Shown here: one piece after another, positions 27,328 to 37,487 of the stretch
Layout: each line of letters begins with the position of its first letter
How positions within the stretch are numbered: the stretch's first letter is position 1
NCBI GenBank assembly: GCA_964562935.1
Contig: CAZLVJ010000003.1
Span: forward strand, 1 to 42,704
Direction of reading: 5' to 3'
Source: an uncultured Nitrososphaerota archaeon
Lineage (GTDB): Archaea > Thermoproteota > Methanomethylicia > Nezhaarchaeales > WYZ-LMO8
DNA: 42,704 nucleotides
Notes under the pieces: generated by a model
Database searches by the model: none
Seen by the model: only the letters and a program-made list of their open reading frames with translations
Told to the model about the DNA's origin: nothing
Program-made: the position numbers and the translations under genes

Positions 27328-28557
27328 TCACGAACCCTTAACGGTTTTCACCTTTGTCATCGCTATTAACGCTGTTGCGATGGCCCCTGCAGTTATGCCA
27401 ATCGTGTAAGACGTTTTATAGCTGCCGTACATGTCGGCTAACAGGCCGCCAATGTAAGGTGCTAAAATGGAGCCCGGTCCTGAGAAAAACCCTAAGAGCG
27501 CGGTCGCCTGCCCCGCTACCCTCCAGTCGAATAAGTCTTTAACGAAGACGGCGTACAAGGGCCACTTCGCACCGAAATCTACTCCTATCAAAACCGTGAA
27601 GAATATCAGGCCCAAGATAGAACCAGAGAACAAAAAGCCTAGTAGGGACGCAACCAATATAGCGTTGCATGCCACGAGAAGCGGCTTCCTGCCAATCCTA
27701 TCGGAGAGGGCCGGGAGGGCCAAAGCTCCTACGAGGCCTACGAAGCTCATCAATCCATATAACAAAGTGGAGACGTCTATGCCCATCATAAGCTCCCTGC
27801 TCAAGTATGCCTTATAGAACGTTGCGTGGATCATTGTAGCGAAGGCCGATAACGCATAGGACGCGCCAACGAGCCAGGTGCGTCGGTCTCTGAAGACGGC
27901 GCCTATGCTACCGTGGGCCTCCCTCCCCTCGTAGTTGCGATCGCCAGCTCTAGGCTCGCGCCCCGTGCTTACGAGGAGTACTGAGAGGAGGGCTATCGCG
28001 CCCAACGATAGCCAAACCCCCCTCCAGCCGAACAAAGGGACCACATGTGGAATCGCTAATGCCATGAGGAATGGACAGAGCTTCGTCCCGGTCTCCATGA
28101 AGCCCACGATAAGTCCCCTCTTCCTGGGATACAGCTTTTGCGACCAGATGATCACGGGGGACCACCCAGCCGATGCTCCTATGCCGGCGATGACCGAGGA
28201 CAAGACCCCGTCGACGATCGAAGACGTCATGCCCACAAAAATAGAACCCACCCCCAACAAAGGAAACATCATCAAAATGGTCCTCTTCGCGCCTCTTCTA
28301 TCTATTAGAGGGCCCGTTACGAATGACGTAAGCGTATAGGCTAGGAGGAAGCATGAGAACATGGTGCCGACGTCTTGGTTTGAGAAATTCAGGCCGCTCA
28401 TCATCTCCGGCATCAATAAGCCGTATGCATATCTAACGCCGAAGTTTATTGTGATGACGACGTAGCACGTCGCTAGAGTTAGCAACGACCTTTTGTCAAG
28501 GGTTCTGTGCGTAGCAGCAAGCTCGACCTCGGACAACCCGAGAAACCCCTTGCTCAT
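27328..28557 (-). CDS. Major facilitator superfamily transporter
   Basis: About 12 hydrophobic segments, G.LIDRRG.K and LSDRIGRK motif A, P.KRG. Confidence 0.9.
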   Translation of the reverse strand: MSKGFLGLSEVELAATHRTLDKRSLLTLATCYVVITINFGVRYAYGLLMPEMMSGLNFSNQDVGTMFSCFLLAYTLTSFVTGPLIDRRGAKRTILMMFPLLGVGSIFVGMTSSIVDGVLSSVIAGIGASAGWSPVIIWSQKLYPRKRGLIVGFMETGTKLCPFLMALAIPHVVPLFGWRGVWLSLGAIALLSVLLVSTGREPRAGDRNYEGREAHGSIGAVFRDRRTWLVGASYALSAFATMIHATFYKAYLSRELMMGIDVSTLLYGLMSFVGLVGALALPALSDRIGRKPLLVACNAILVASLLGFLFSGSILGLIFFTVLIGVDFGAKWPLYAVFVKDLFDWRVAGQATALLGFFSGPGSILAPYIGGLLADMYGSYKTSYTIGITAGAIATALIAMTKVKTVKGS

Positions 28558-28813
28558 ACAATTCGTCCTCGTGGCTTCCTTAAAACGATAACGCGAGCCT
28601 CATGGCGTCTCGGCTTTCAGGCCACTTTATGGCGCTTACGAACGGCCTCGTATACCATGTTGGCCTCTCACTACTCCACGCAAAATATGAAATGTGGGTC
28701 ACGTTGCGATGAATCCTTCGAAGCCCAAGCTTCGTATGAGTCAGGCCTTGGGTAATTATTTGACCTCTTTGTTAGGCTCTATTGACATAATGGTTAATCG
28801 GCTTTAAATTGGT

Positions 28814-29773
28814 TTAGGCCCATGCCGGCCTGACCTCTGTTCGCATAAACGTCACCATGCTTAGCGTTAGGACTATGATGAAAGCAGCCATTAATGCCGA
28901 GAATGACGGCCAGGCTAGGGCTATGCTCAAGTCCAAGCTAAGAGGTTGCGGAGTTGGGAGGTCTTCCGCGTAATAGTAAAATATGCTGACGGTCCTGATC
29001 TCTGGGTTTAGTAGAACGCTCGCGGCCTCGGCGTATAGCGTCAACGGACTTATCCTCGAGAGGGCCTCTTTAATCTCAAGGTATTGTACGTACGCGGCGA
29101 GTGGCGGGCTTGGGAAGTAATACCTTAGCCCGGCAACCTCTATCGCTATGATGTCTACAATCCAGTAGACGAAGATCGCGAAGAAGATCCATAGAGAGAC
29201 GCAGGCCAATGCTGAGGTCGTCGTCCTTCTGAAGATTATTGAGAATAGAAGCCCTATTCCGAACCAGAGCCCGACGTACAAGAAGGATGCGAGGATGAAG
29301 TATATTATTCTGAAGGCTCCCTCAATGCTAGGTCCAAAACCAGCGATAAGCATTATGAAGCCCACGACCAAGCTGGTGGCGCATGATATCAATAGCAAAA
29401 TTATCAGAAGGCCTGCTATGATCTTCCCGGTGATTATGTTGTCCCTACGTATTGGGTTTGAAAGCATCTTCAACATTGAGCCACTCGCGACCTCTCTATT
29501 AATGGAGTCAAAGCTTAGGGCTATGCCGATTATAGGGCCGAAGAGGCCTATGAAGTATGTGAAGGACGGTAGCGGGGACTCGGCAGTGCCCGATAGCAGT
29601 CTTAAGAACGCTATTGCTTGCTCGACCTCCTTAATCCTCGCCTGGGCGACGGACTGGACGCCGAAGTACGCTGTCGCTAATCCAGATAAGAGGATGAGCG
29701 CGAATATCAAGGGGAATCTCTTGCTACCTAAGTGCTCCACCACCTCTTTTCTCACTATGGATTTAACCCCCAC
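28814..29773 (-). CDS. ABC-2 type exporter permease
   Basis: FDSINREVASGSM..LSNPI.R..II.GK motif; multi-TM. Confidence 0.88.
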   Translation of the reverse strand: MGVKSIVRKEVVEHLGSKRFPLIFALILLSGLATAYFGVQSVAQARIKEVEQAIAFLRLLSGTAESPLPSFTYFIGLFGPIIGIALSFDSINREVASGSMLKMLSNPIRRDNIITGKIIAGLLIILLLISCATSLVVGFIMLIAGFGPSIEGAFRIIYFILASFLYVGLWFGIGLLFSIIFRRTTTSALACVSLWIFFAIFVYWIVDIIAIEVAGLRYYFPSPPLAAYVQYLEIKEALSRISPLTLYAEAASVLLNPEIRTVSIFYYYAEDLPTPQPLSLDLSIALAWPSFSALMAAFIIVLTLSMVTFMRTEVRPAWA

Positions 29774-30700
29774 TCACGCCCCCTCCTCGACGTACCTCGC
29801 GTAAACTCTTTCTAAGCTCGGTGTAAACTTCATCCCGATGATTTTCCTCAAATTCCCTGACATAACTCCTAACACTTCCTCTCTAACATCCTCGCTCGCT
29901 ATTATTATGACCTTGTTCCCGTGCTGCTCAACGCTCTTAACATCGCGGATTTCGCGGATCTTAGATATGAGGCCTTCATCTATCTCTGCTAATTCCAGCT
30001 CGATTACGTTCTCCCCTTTAGTTAAGGAGCTCACGCTCCCCATCCTCACTATCTCTCCTCTGCTCATTATTGCTATCCTGTCGCTGTACTTTTCGACGTG
30101 GTGTAAGAGGTGAGACGACATGAGGACGGTTATTCCCTCATCCCTTGTCAGCATTTTAAGCAAGGAAAGTATTTCCTCTGAGCCCGCAGGATCGACGCCC
30201 GCCGTCGGCTCATCTAGGATCAAGACCTTAGGATCTTTTACCAAGGCATCTGCTATCGCCAATCGTTGCTTCATCCCCCTGGAGAACTTGCTCACCTTCT
30301 CACCGGCCCACCTCGAAAGCCCGACCTTCTCGAGAAGTTCTTCTATTTTCTTCTCCCTAACACCCTTCGGTATGCCGTTTAGGTCTGCCGTAAAGGTCAG
30401 ATTCTCCCTCGCCGTCAGATCGTCGTACAGGCCGGGGACCTCTGGAACGAACCCGACCCTCTTCCTAACTTCGACGGGGTGGGTTATCACGTTATAGCCG
30501 CAAACCCAAGCAGTCCCAGACGTAGGACGGGTTAGACCGAGGAGCATGAGAAACGTCGTCGTCTTGCCAGCGCCATTCGGGCCTAGTAAGCAGAAGAACT
30601 CGCCCTCATATACCTTCAGGTTTAAGTCTTTGACTGCGACAAAATCTCCATATTTTTTAATGAGGTTGACGGCCTTTATTACTACATTTCTCTCGCTCAT
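29774..30700 (-). CDS. ABC-2 type exporter ATP-binding protein
   Basis: GPNGAGKTT, FSRGMKQRL, LDEPTAGVDP, SSHLL. Confidence 0.92.
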   Translation of the reverse strand: MSERNVVIKAVNLIKKYGDFVAVKDLNLKVYEGEFFCLLGPNGAGKTTTFLMLLGLTRPTSGTAWVCGYNVITHPVEVRKRVGFVPEVPGLYDDLTARENLTFTADLNGIPKGVREKKIEELLEKVGLSRWAGEKVSKFSRGMKQRLAIADALVKDPKVLILDEPTAGVDPAGSEEILSLLKMLTRDEGITVLMSSHLLHHVEKYSDRIAIMSRGEIVRMGSVSSLTKGENVIELELAEIDEGLISKIREIRDVKSVEQHGNKVIIIASEDVREEVLGVMSGNLRKIIGMKFTPSLERVYARYVEEGA

Positions 30701-31878
30701 AGCCTACCATATCTCCGGAACACGAACATTAGCACGAAGATCGCGCCCACTATCACTGCCACGCCCACTATCCCCCAATACGTAGCCTTCGTTACCGTGA
30801 TCCTTAACGTGATCTCATGAGAGGCCTCTATACTCCAAGCGCGTACGTTAACGGAATAGTCGCCTGCAATCGCTCCGGGAGGGGGCTCCAAGTAGAGGAC
30901 GGCAGTGACCTTCTCCCCCGCTGGTAGCCCGGTTATTTTATTTGGAACGATGCTGGCCTCCCAGCCCCTCGGAGCGTAGGAATAGAGGCTTATGTCTCGT
31001 AGCGGCAGAGTCCCAGCGTTCTCGACGATGAGGGGGATCTCTATAGTCTTTCCCGCTTCAACGTTGTAGCTCAAGAGGTCCTCCTCGGTTTTAAGGGTTA
31101 TCTTCGCAGTTCCAGTGACAACGGCCTTGAATTCGAGCTTTTCGCGTACGCCCTCAGAGGGCTCTGATACGACAATGCTCACTAGATAAGTGCCTGGCTT
31201 GACGTTTTCAGGACACCAAACGTCTAGGGTTAACCCCCAATACGTGGAGCGAGCTCTAACAGTGACGCCGGAGATTACCCTCGTCTCATAAGGTGAGGGC
31301 TTGAACCCTAGGTTGTACCAGCCCTCTGGTATCTCTGCTGACAGCCCGAACGTCAAGTCTCTATAGTAGTTGTTTTTGATGTTGAGCCTAAATGAAAATA
31401 CGGAGCCGGGCGAGCCCGTGACCTCTGCGGAGGTCGTCGTAAGCTCTATACCCGCGCTTGGCTTAATTATCTCGATCTCTATCTTCAGGACATTTGACCT
31501 TACTTGTCCGCTTAGCGCGGTGACGATGATATCGTAGCTCCCTGCGGCGGCGTTTGGGTCCGGCTCGATGATCAAGGTCAAGTTCATTGACTCGCGACCC
31601 CTTAAAAAGACCTTCGAGACTCCGTAGTCTCCGTAGAGGAGATAGCAACTCCAATCGCTTGGGTGAGAGACCTCAAACGAGACCTCTCTCGCCTCTTCCA
31701 ATAGATTTGTGACGATTAGAGGGACCGAGAACTTCTTCGGCTCGGATCTGATGCCCAAAACAGGGCTGTAAATTGCTAAGGCGCTGGATTCGTGCGCTAG
31801 GGACACGCTGTTGGCCATTAAGGCAAAGGCCAACAATATCGCGAATAGTCCAGTTGTTGCTCTAACTATGCCCCTCAT
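30697..31878 (-). CDS. Secreted, C-terminally anchored Ig-like/NEW3-repeat protein (COG1470-like)
   Basis: Signal peptide, three beta-rich repeats (P.GW, V.N.G, A.AG.Y), C-terminal TM + RRYGR; upstream of ABC-2 genes. Confidence 0.75.
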   Translation of the reverse strand: MRGIVRATTGLFAILLAFALMANSVSLAHESSALAIYSPVLGIRSEPKKFSVPLIVTNLLEEAREVSFEVSHPSDWSCYLLYGDYGVSKVFLRGRESMNLTLIIEPDPNAAAGSYDIIVTALSGQVRSNVLKIEIEIIKPSAGIELTTTSAEVTGSPGSVFSFRLNIKNNYYRDLTFGLSAEIPEGWYNLGFKPSPYETRVISGVTVRARSTYWGLTLDVWCPENVKPGTYLVSIVVSEPSEGVREKLEFKAVVTGTAKITLKTEEDLLSYNVEAGKTIEIPLIVENAGTLPLRDISLYSYAPRGWEASIVPNKITGLPAGEKVTAVLYLEPPPGAIAGDYSVNVRAWSIEASHEITLRITVTKATYWGIVGVAVIVGAIFVLMFVFRRYGRL

Positions 31879-32482
31879 AACGCTTCATTATCTTACGAGA
31901 CCTCTTTCAAATAAACTTTGCTCTCATCAAAGATGTGTGAAGGGGGCGTATTCATGGCAGTTCTTTAAATTCTTTGACCTCTTTGTCGTAACGAAAAGAA
32001 GCATGAATGGGTAATGGCCTGAAGCTTTTATAGCCATTTGGATAAAGTTTCAAGCGCTGGTCAAAGCCTTAGGAGATCGGGCATGGCTTTACAACGCGTA
32101 GCTAGCCTGAAAGTCGAGCTTGATGGCCTTAGCACAACTTGTCTAAACATTAGAGAACTGAAAAGAGAAGGCGACTTTCATTAATTTAATAAACCCAAGC
32201 TTAGTAACAGCAGGCGGCCAAAACTAGCCCCAAGTAACCATTAAGGTTACGATCCTCTAAGAAGCCTCCTCCGATTAAAACCTCTTTAATAAGTACCTTT
32301 GTCGTAACTTGCCTATTGTACCCATTTAAAATGAGGCCCCGAAGCTCTTACGCTCGACACCCTATGCTGGAGGATTGCCTTCGAGCCTTCCTAACGTTTT
32401 AATAACCTATGTAGTCACAATCCCTCCATCGGTTGCCGCCGAAACGATGTAACTTCATGAGAGAAGGCCTTTTATGACGACT

Positions 32483-32743
32483 CTAAGTTACGTCGACGCG
32501 TGAAACGTCGTACGTTCTCATCAATTGCCTCTCTTTTAGCTTGGCCCACACGTCTAAGGCTGTTCTGTAAAGCTCCTTGGCCTTCCTCTCAGCCAAGCTT
32601 AAATCCTCTACTTCTGCTCCTTCGATCACGAGCTTTAGCACCTCTCTTAGAGTACTCGTAGCAGAGTCTAAGACGTCCAGTTCGAGGGTTGTACTAACCT
32701 TCCCACTCCTTGGCGCCTCATCCCCTGAGGACCTCTTTGTCAT
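32483..32743 (-). CDS. Small hypothetical helical protein
   Basis: 86-aa ORF with AGGTG RBS-like site and TATA-like tttataag upstream. Confidence 0.5.
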   Translation of the reverse strand: MTKRSSGDEAPRSGKVSTTLELDVLDSATSTLREVLKLVIEGAEVEDLSLAERKAKELYRTALDVWAKLKERQLMRTYDVSRVDVT

Positions 32744-33091
32744 ACACCTTCGCCTATGACTAGAGGCGGTCTCTTATAAACAATAGTAATACCTCACGTA
32801 GAGATCTCAACCGCAAAGCCTTCCTTGTTGGAAGGCGATAACTATAGAGTGCTTTGAAACCTCTTTAACGGTAGGCCCGATGACGAGCGCTTGGCCGTCA
32901 GGAGTACGGTAGTGAAGAAGTCGTCAGTGGCTGAGGCCTGACGCCTCCTTATCAAACGTCGAGGCTTAAATGGTGATCACTAACACGTGCTGGGCCTAAT
33001 GCTAAGCTTTGAATCGTCGAGAGGCCCTTAGTTACCTCGAGACAGTCCTGTCGCATCAATAAGCTTTAAAGTCCTCTTCGACCAAACTCCT

Positions 33092-33901
33092 TTGGGGATT
33101 GACGTGGAGGCCCTCATCGACGAAGTGGCCGAGGTCTTAGTTAAGTCGAGGTACGCGATAGCGCTTACGGGGGCAGGGGTCTCGACAGAGTCCGGGATAC
33201 CCGATTTCAGAGGGCCCTCGGGCATATGGACCAAAGACCCGGAGGCCGAGAGAAGGGCCTACGAGGCTTACGCTCTCTTCTTGAGGGATCCGAAGGCCTT
33301 TTGGGAGGACTACTTGTCGCGCCCCTCGATCTTGGGGCCCCTCGAAAAGGCCCAGCCCAATCCCTCACACTACGCTCTAGCCGAGCTTGAGGAAATGGGT
33401 ATATTGAAGTGCATAATCACTCAAAACGTGGACGGGCTGCACGAGAAAGCTGGTAGTGAGAACGTAATAGAGTTCCACGGCAACGCCTTTAAGATAAGGT
33501 GTGTTGACTGTGGCGCGAGGTATCCCAAGAGCGACTTCGACCTAGTGTCGATGAAGGAGAGGGGGCAACTACCGCCCCTCTGTAGGAGGTGCGGAGGCGT
33601 GTTGAAGCCGGACGTCGTGTACTTCACCGAGCCCATCCCCCGGGACGTCATAGCTAGGAGCCTAGAGGAGGTCAGGAAGTGCGACGTGATGCTCGTCTGC
33701 GGCACGTCTCTCGTGGTCTACCCGGCCGCCGAGCTCCCCCGACTCGCGAAGAGGAAGGTACCTCCAGCGACGGTGATCGAGGTCAACCTCGAGCCCACTT
33801 CGGCCACCTTCGATGGGACCTCGGACTACTTCTTGCAGGGGAAGACCGGAGAGATACTGCCCAAGATAGTTGAGGCAGTAAAAAAGAAGTTGGCGAAGTG
33901 A
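33092..33901 (+). CDS. cobB: NAD-dependent protein deacylase (Sir2/CobB)
   Basis: TGAGVSTESGIPDFRG, ITQNVDGLH, HG, CxxC..CxxC, KPDVV.F.E, GTSL.VYPAA. Confidence 0.95.
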   Translation: MGIDVEALIDEVAEVLVKSRYAIALTGAGVSTESGIPDFRGPSGIWTKDPEAERRAYEAYALFLRDPKAFWEDYLSRPSILGPLEKAQPNPSHYALAELEEMGILKCIITQNVDGLHEKAGSENVIEFHGNAFKIRCVDCGARYPKSDFDLVSMKERGQLPPLCRRCGGVLKPDVVYFTEPIPRDVIARSLEEVRKCDVMLVCGTSLVVYPAAELPRLAKRKVPPATVIEVNLEPTSATFDGTSDYFLQGKTGEILPKIVEAVKKKLAK

Positions 33902-33986
33902 GCTTGGGACTCAGACTCTTAAACCAGGAGGCCGTAGGGGTTTTGAAGGCTCGGTCCTTGAGGGCCATCGATAAGAGGTCGAGTCC

Positions 33987-34274
33987 ATGCCCATAACTCC
34001 TCACAACATACTAAACCACGAGCTAATAGGCTTAAGAGCCAAGGTCGTCAAGAGCAAGCACCCAGGCTACGTAGGGATGGAGGGGCTAGTGGTTTACGAG
34101 ACCATGAAGACCGTTAAGGTGATGAACGATAAGGGCGAGATAAAGACCCTTCCTAAGGATTGTTGTACTTTTAGATTTAAACTTCCTTCAGGTATCATAG
34201 TTGAAGTCGACGGTCCTTACCTTGTCGGGAGGCCGGAGGATAGGGTGAAGAGAGTGACTAAGAAGCGCTGGTAA
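33987..34274 (+). CDS. rnp1: Ribonuclease P protein subunit Rpp29/Pop4
   Basis: NIL.HELIGL, G.VV.ET, GRPEDR; typical position before uS17. Confidence 0.92.
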   Translation: MPITPHNILNHELIGLRAKVVKSKHPGYVGMEGLVVYETMKTVKVMNDKGEIKTLPKDCCTFRFKLPSGIIVEVDGPYLVGRPEDRVKRVTKKRW

Positions 34275-34349
34275 GGCCTCTAAAGCCTTTGAGCAAAAGT
34301 TTTTAAACGGCCCTCAAAACCCTCTCTAGCTCAGCGGTGATCAAATATC

Positions 34350-34694
34350 ATGAGCAAGGCAGTGAAGACGAGGAACGTAGGCATACCGGGGATTAAACCT
34401 CCCGAAAGGACGTGCGAGGACCCTTGCTGTCCTTATCACGGCTCCCTCTCCGTTAGGGGCAAGATCCTAGAGGGTATGGTGGTCAGCATGAAGATGAAGG
34501 CTACGGCCACGATACTTCATGAATACATCATCTACGTAAAGAAGTACGAGAGATACGAGAGGAGGAGGCGCAAAATTCACGCGCACCTGCCTCCGTGCCT
34601 CGACGTTAAGGTCGGCGACAAGGTCGTAATAGGGGAGTGCAGGCCTCTAGCCAAGACCGTCAGCTTCGTGGTCTTGGGTAAGCCCATCTCCTGA
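34350..34694 (+). CDS. rps17p: Ribosomal protein uS17
   Basis: C.DP.CPYHG.L.VRG, KYERYE, ECRPLAKT. Confidence 0.96.
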   Translation: MSKAVKTRNVGIPGIKPPERTCEDPCCPYHGSLSVRGKILEGMVVSMKMKATATILHEYIIYVKKYERYERRRRKIHAHLPPCLDVKVGDKVVIGECRPLAKTVSFVVLGKPIS

Positions 34695-34778
34695 ACCTTT
34701 AGGGCAATAGGGGTCAAAAGAGTAAGTTTTTATACCCCGCAAGGCTTTTTGAGTCCACAACATTAACTGGGGACCTCG

Positions 34779-35207
34779 ATGGCCAAGCGGGGGCCAAAAG
34801 TAGCCGCTGGGATAACGTATAGGCCAAAGATTAGTCTAGCGGTCTTTCCAGGCTCTAGAATAAAGTGCGCAGACAATAGCGGAGCTCAAGAAGCGGCTAT
34901 GATAGGCGTCGTGGGGGGCAAGACTAGACATAGGAGGCTTCCAGGGGCTAGCGTAGGGGACATGATAATAGTATCGGTAAGGAAGGGGACCCCCGAGCTC
35001 AGGAAGCAGATAATGAGGGCCATCGTGGTGAGGCAGAAGAAGCCTTTTAGGAGGCCCAGCGGCCAGTGGGTCCAATTCGAAGACAACGCAGTGGTCATAG
35101 TGACTGAAGATGGCACTCCGAAGGGGACGGAGATCAGGGGGCCCATCGCTCGCGAAGCGGCTGAGAGGTGGCCGAGGCTAGCGGCCTTAGCGACCCTAAT
35201 AGTGTGA
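34779..35207 (+). CDS. rpl14p: Ribosomal protein uL14
   Basis: CADNSGA, VGD...SV.KG, FEDNAVV, GPIAREA. Confidence 0.97.
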   Translation: MAKRGPKVAAGITYRPKISLAVFPGSRIKCADNSGAQEAAMIGVVGGKTRHRRLPGASVGDMIIVSVRKGTPELRKQIMRAIVVRQKKPFRRPSGQWVQFEDNAVVIVTEDGTPKGTEIRGPIAREAAERWPRLAALATLIV

Positions 35208-35217
35208 GGTGGTCTGA

Positions 35218-35598
35218 GTGCACCTAAAGACGAAACAGCCAAGGAAACAGAGGCGCTTCTTGTACCAAGCGCCCAATCACGTCAGGCATAAGCTTATGTC
35301 GGCCCATTTGTCTGAGGAGCTCAGGAAACAGTACCCCTTCAGGTCGTTGCCCATAAGGACTGGCGACGTCGTCACAGTCATGAGGGGTGACCACAAAGGC
35401 CATACGGGAAAGGTCATAAGGCTGGACCACGAGAAGTACAGAATTTACATCGAAGGATTGGTTAGGAAGAAAGCCGACGGCTCAGAGGTACCAATCCCGA
35501 TTCACCCCTCAAAGGTCCAGATAATAAAGTTAAACCTCGACGACGAGTGGAGGAAGAAGATCGTCGAGAGGAAGATGACGGCTAAGGTAGCTACGTGA
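35218..35598 (+). CDS. rpl24p: Ribosomal protein uL24
   Basis: QPRKQR, LS.ELR..Y, GD.V.VMRGD, IHPSKV. Confidence 0.96.
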   Translation: MHLKTKQPRKQRRFLYQAPNHVRHKLMSAHLSEELRKQYPFRSLPIRTGDVVTVMRGDHKGHTGKVIRLDHEKYRIYIEGLVRKKADGSEVPIPIHPSKVQIIKLNLDDEWRKKIVERKMTAKVAT

Positions 35599-35613
35599 CT
35601 CGGGTGAGCTCGC

Positions 35614-36357
35614 ATGACGAAGAAGTCCGCATCAAAGGGCTTGAAGCGCTACGCCATGCCAGCTTGGTGGCCCATCTCGGTGAAGGAGCATGTGTGGGCA
35701 CCAAGGCCATCACCTGGCCCTCACTCTCTTGAGAAGTCAATGCCCCTCCTCATAGTGTTGAGGGACGTACTCAAGCTGGCCGAAACGGCAAGAGAGGTCA
35801 AGTACATCCTTAAGTCTGGAGCGGTCAAGGTCGACGGCATCGTAAGGAAGGACTACAGATTTCCCGTGGGCCTTATGGACGTGATAGAGATAGAGAAGGA
35901 GAACTTAACCTTCAGATTACTTCCCAAACCCGGTAGGGTGTTAGACTTTGTCCCCATTCCTGAGCACGAAAAGTACTTCAAGCTTTGCAGGATAGAGAAT
36001 AAGACCACGGTTAGAGGAGGCCACATACAGCTAAACCTCCATGATGGGAGCAACGTTTTGATCAGGGTGTCGAACCCTCGAAGCCCCGTCGAGGACGTCT
36101 ACAAGACCTTCGACGTCGTTAAGATATCGCTTCCCGATCGCAAGATCATAGAGCACTACCCCTTTGAGCCAGGGAACTTGGCATTGGTCATAGGCGGGAA
36201 GAAGGTCGGTAAGGTAGGCAAGATAGTCGAAGTTAGAGGAGGGCCCATGAGAAGGCATAAGACCGTGACTCTCGAGCAAGGAAGCGAGAGGTTCGACGTG
36301 GGGTACTTGACCGTGTTCGTGATAGGGAGGGACGCTCCAGCAATAACGCTAAGGTGA
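35614..36357 (+). CDS. rps4e: Ribosomal protein eS4
   Basis: LKR..MP..W, PSPGPH, VDG.VRKD..FPVGLMDVI, QLNLHDG. Confidence 0.96.
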   Translation: MTKKSASKGLKRYAMPAWWPISVKEHVWAPRPSPGPHSLEKSMPLLIVLRDVLKLAETAREVKYILKSGAVKVDGIVRKDYRFPVGLMDVIEIEKENLTFRLLPKPGRVLDFVPIPEHEKYFKLCRIENKTTVRGGHIQLNLHDGSNVLIRVSNPRSPVEDVYKTFDVVKISLPDRKIIEHYPFEPGNLALVIGGKKVGKVGKIVEVRGGPMRRHKTVTLEQGSERFDVGYLTVFVIGRDAPAITLR

Positions 36358-36364
36358 GGAAATT

Positions 36365-36883
36365 ATGAGTGAGGTAGCGCAAAACCCTATGAGGAGGCTC
36401 AGGATAGCCAAAGTGGTCGTAAACATGGCCGTGGGGACCTCGGGCGAGAGGTTGGCCAAGGCGGCTCAAGTTCTTGAACAACTCACTGGTCAGAAGCCCA
36501 GCTTCAGAAAGGCCAAGAAGACGATCAAGGAGTTCGGGATAAAGAGGGGGGAGAACATAGCCTGCGTCGTCACATTGACGAAGGACAAAGCCGTGGAGTT
36601 TCTGAAGAGGGTCCTCGCGGCGGTGGACTTCAAGATCAAGGAGACCTCATTCGACGAACTCGGCAATTTTTCGTTCGGGATAAAGGAACACATATCACTG
36701 CCGGGGGTTAAGTATGACCCCATGCTAGGGATATTTGGATTCGACGTCTGCGTGACTATTGAGAGGCCCGGTTATCGCGTGGCGAGGAGGAGGAAGAGGT
36801 CGAGGGTTGGTAAGAGCCATAGAGTTACGAGGGAGGAGAGCATGAAGTTCGTCGAGGAGTTCCTCGGAGTCAAGATAGTGTAA
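36365..36883 (+). CDS. rpl5p: Ribosomal protein uL5
   Basis: NPMR...KVVVN..VG.SG, GNFSFGI.EHI..PG..YDP. Confidence 0.97.
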   Translation: MSEVAQNPMRRLRIAKVVVNMAVGTSGERLAKAAQVLEQLTGQKPSFRKAKKTIKEFGIKRGENIACVVTLTKDKAVEFLKRVLAAVDFKIKETSFDELGNFSFGIKEHISLPGVKYDPMLGIFGFDVCVTIERPGYRVARRRKRSRVGKSHRVTREESMKFVEEFLGVKIV

Positions 36884-36900
36884 AGCCGCGGGTGGGTCGA

Positions 36901-37065
36901 TTGGGCAAGTACAGGCCGCCTAAAGAAAGGAAATTTGGCAAGGGGAGCAGACGATGCAGGATTTGCGGTACCCACGAGGCTCTTATTCGCAAGTACGGGC
37001 TCATGATCTGCAGGCGATGCTTTAGAGAGGTGGCGCCCAAGCTGGGTTTCAAGAAGTACATGTAG
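36901..37065 (+). CDS. rps14p: Ribosomal protein uS14 (54 aa, TTG start; not in ORF track)
   Basis: [54 protein letters not shown]. Confidence 0.95.
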   Translation: MGKYRPPKERKFGKGSRRCRICGTHEALIRKYGLMICRRCFREVAPKLGFKKYM

Positions 37066-37076
37066 AGGTGGGGTAC

Positions 37077-37469
37077 GTGGTAATGAACGACACGCTCGCC
37101 AACGCCTTGACGACGATAAAGAACTGCGAGATGAGAGCTAAGGGAGAGGCGCTCATAATGCCAGCCTCAAAGTTGATAGCCAATGTGTTGAGGATCTTAC
37201 TCAAGCACGGCTACATAGGCAACTTCGAGTACATAGACGACGGCAGGTTCGGAAAGATAAGGGTTCAACTATTGGGCAGGATAAATGACTGTGGCGTCAT
37301 AAAGCCCAGATTTCCCGTTAAGAAGGATGAGTTCGAGAAGTGGGAAAAGAGGTATCTGCCATCCCCCGACGTGGGGTTACTCATAATCTCAACTCCTAAG
37401 GGGATTATGACCCATAGAGAGGCTAAAGAGCTCGGCATGGGAGGGATCCTACTAGCTTATGTCTATTGA
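37077..37469 (+). CDS. rps8p: Ribosomal protein uS8
   Basis: [35 protein letters not shown]. Confidence 0.97.
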   Translation: MVMNDTLANALTTIKNCEMRAKGEALIMPASKLIANVLRILLKHGYIGNFEYIDDGRFGKIRVQLLGRINDCGVIKPRFPVKKDEFEKWEKRYLPSPDVGLLIISTPKGIMTHREAKELGMGGILLAYVY

Positions 37470-37487
37470 CAGTACGAGGTGTTGGAG

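Noticed and set aside
19860-33091. attR duplicate of the tRNA-Gly 3' end or an integrase
   Set aside because: No convincing copy found by eye (only a short ggcggcc at about 32213) and no tyrosine recombinase ORF
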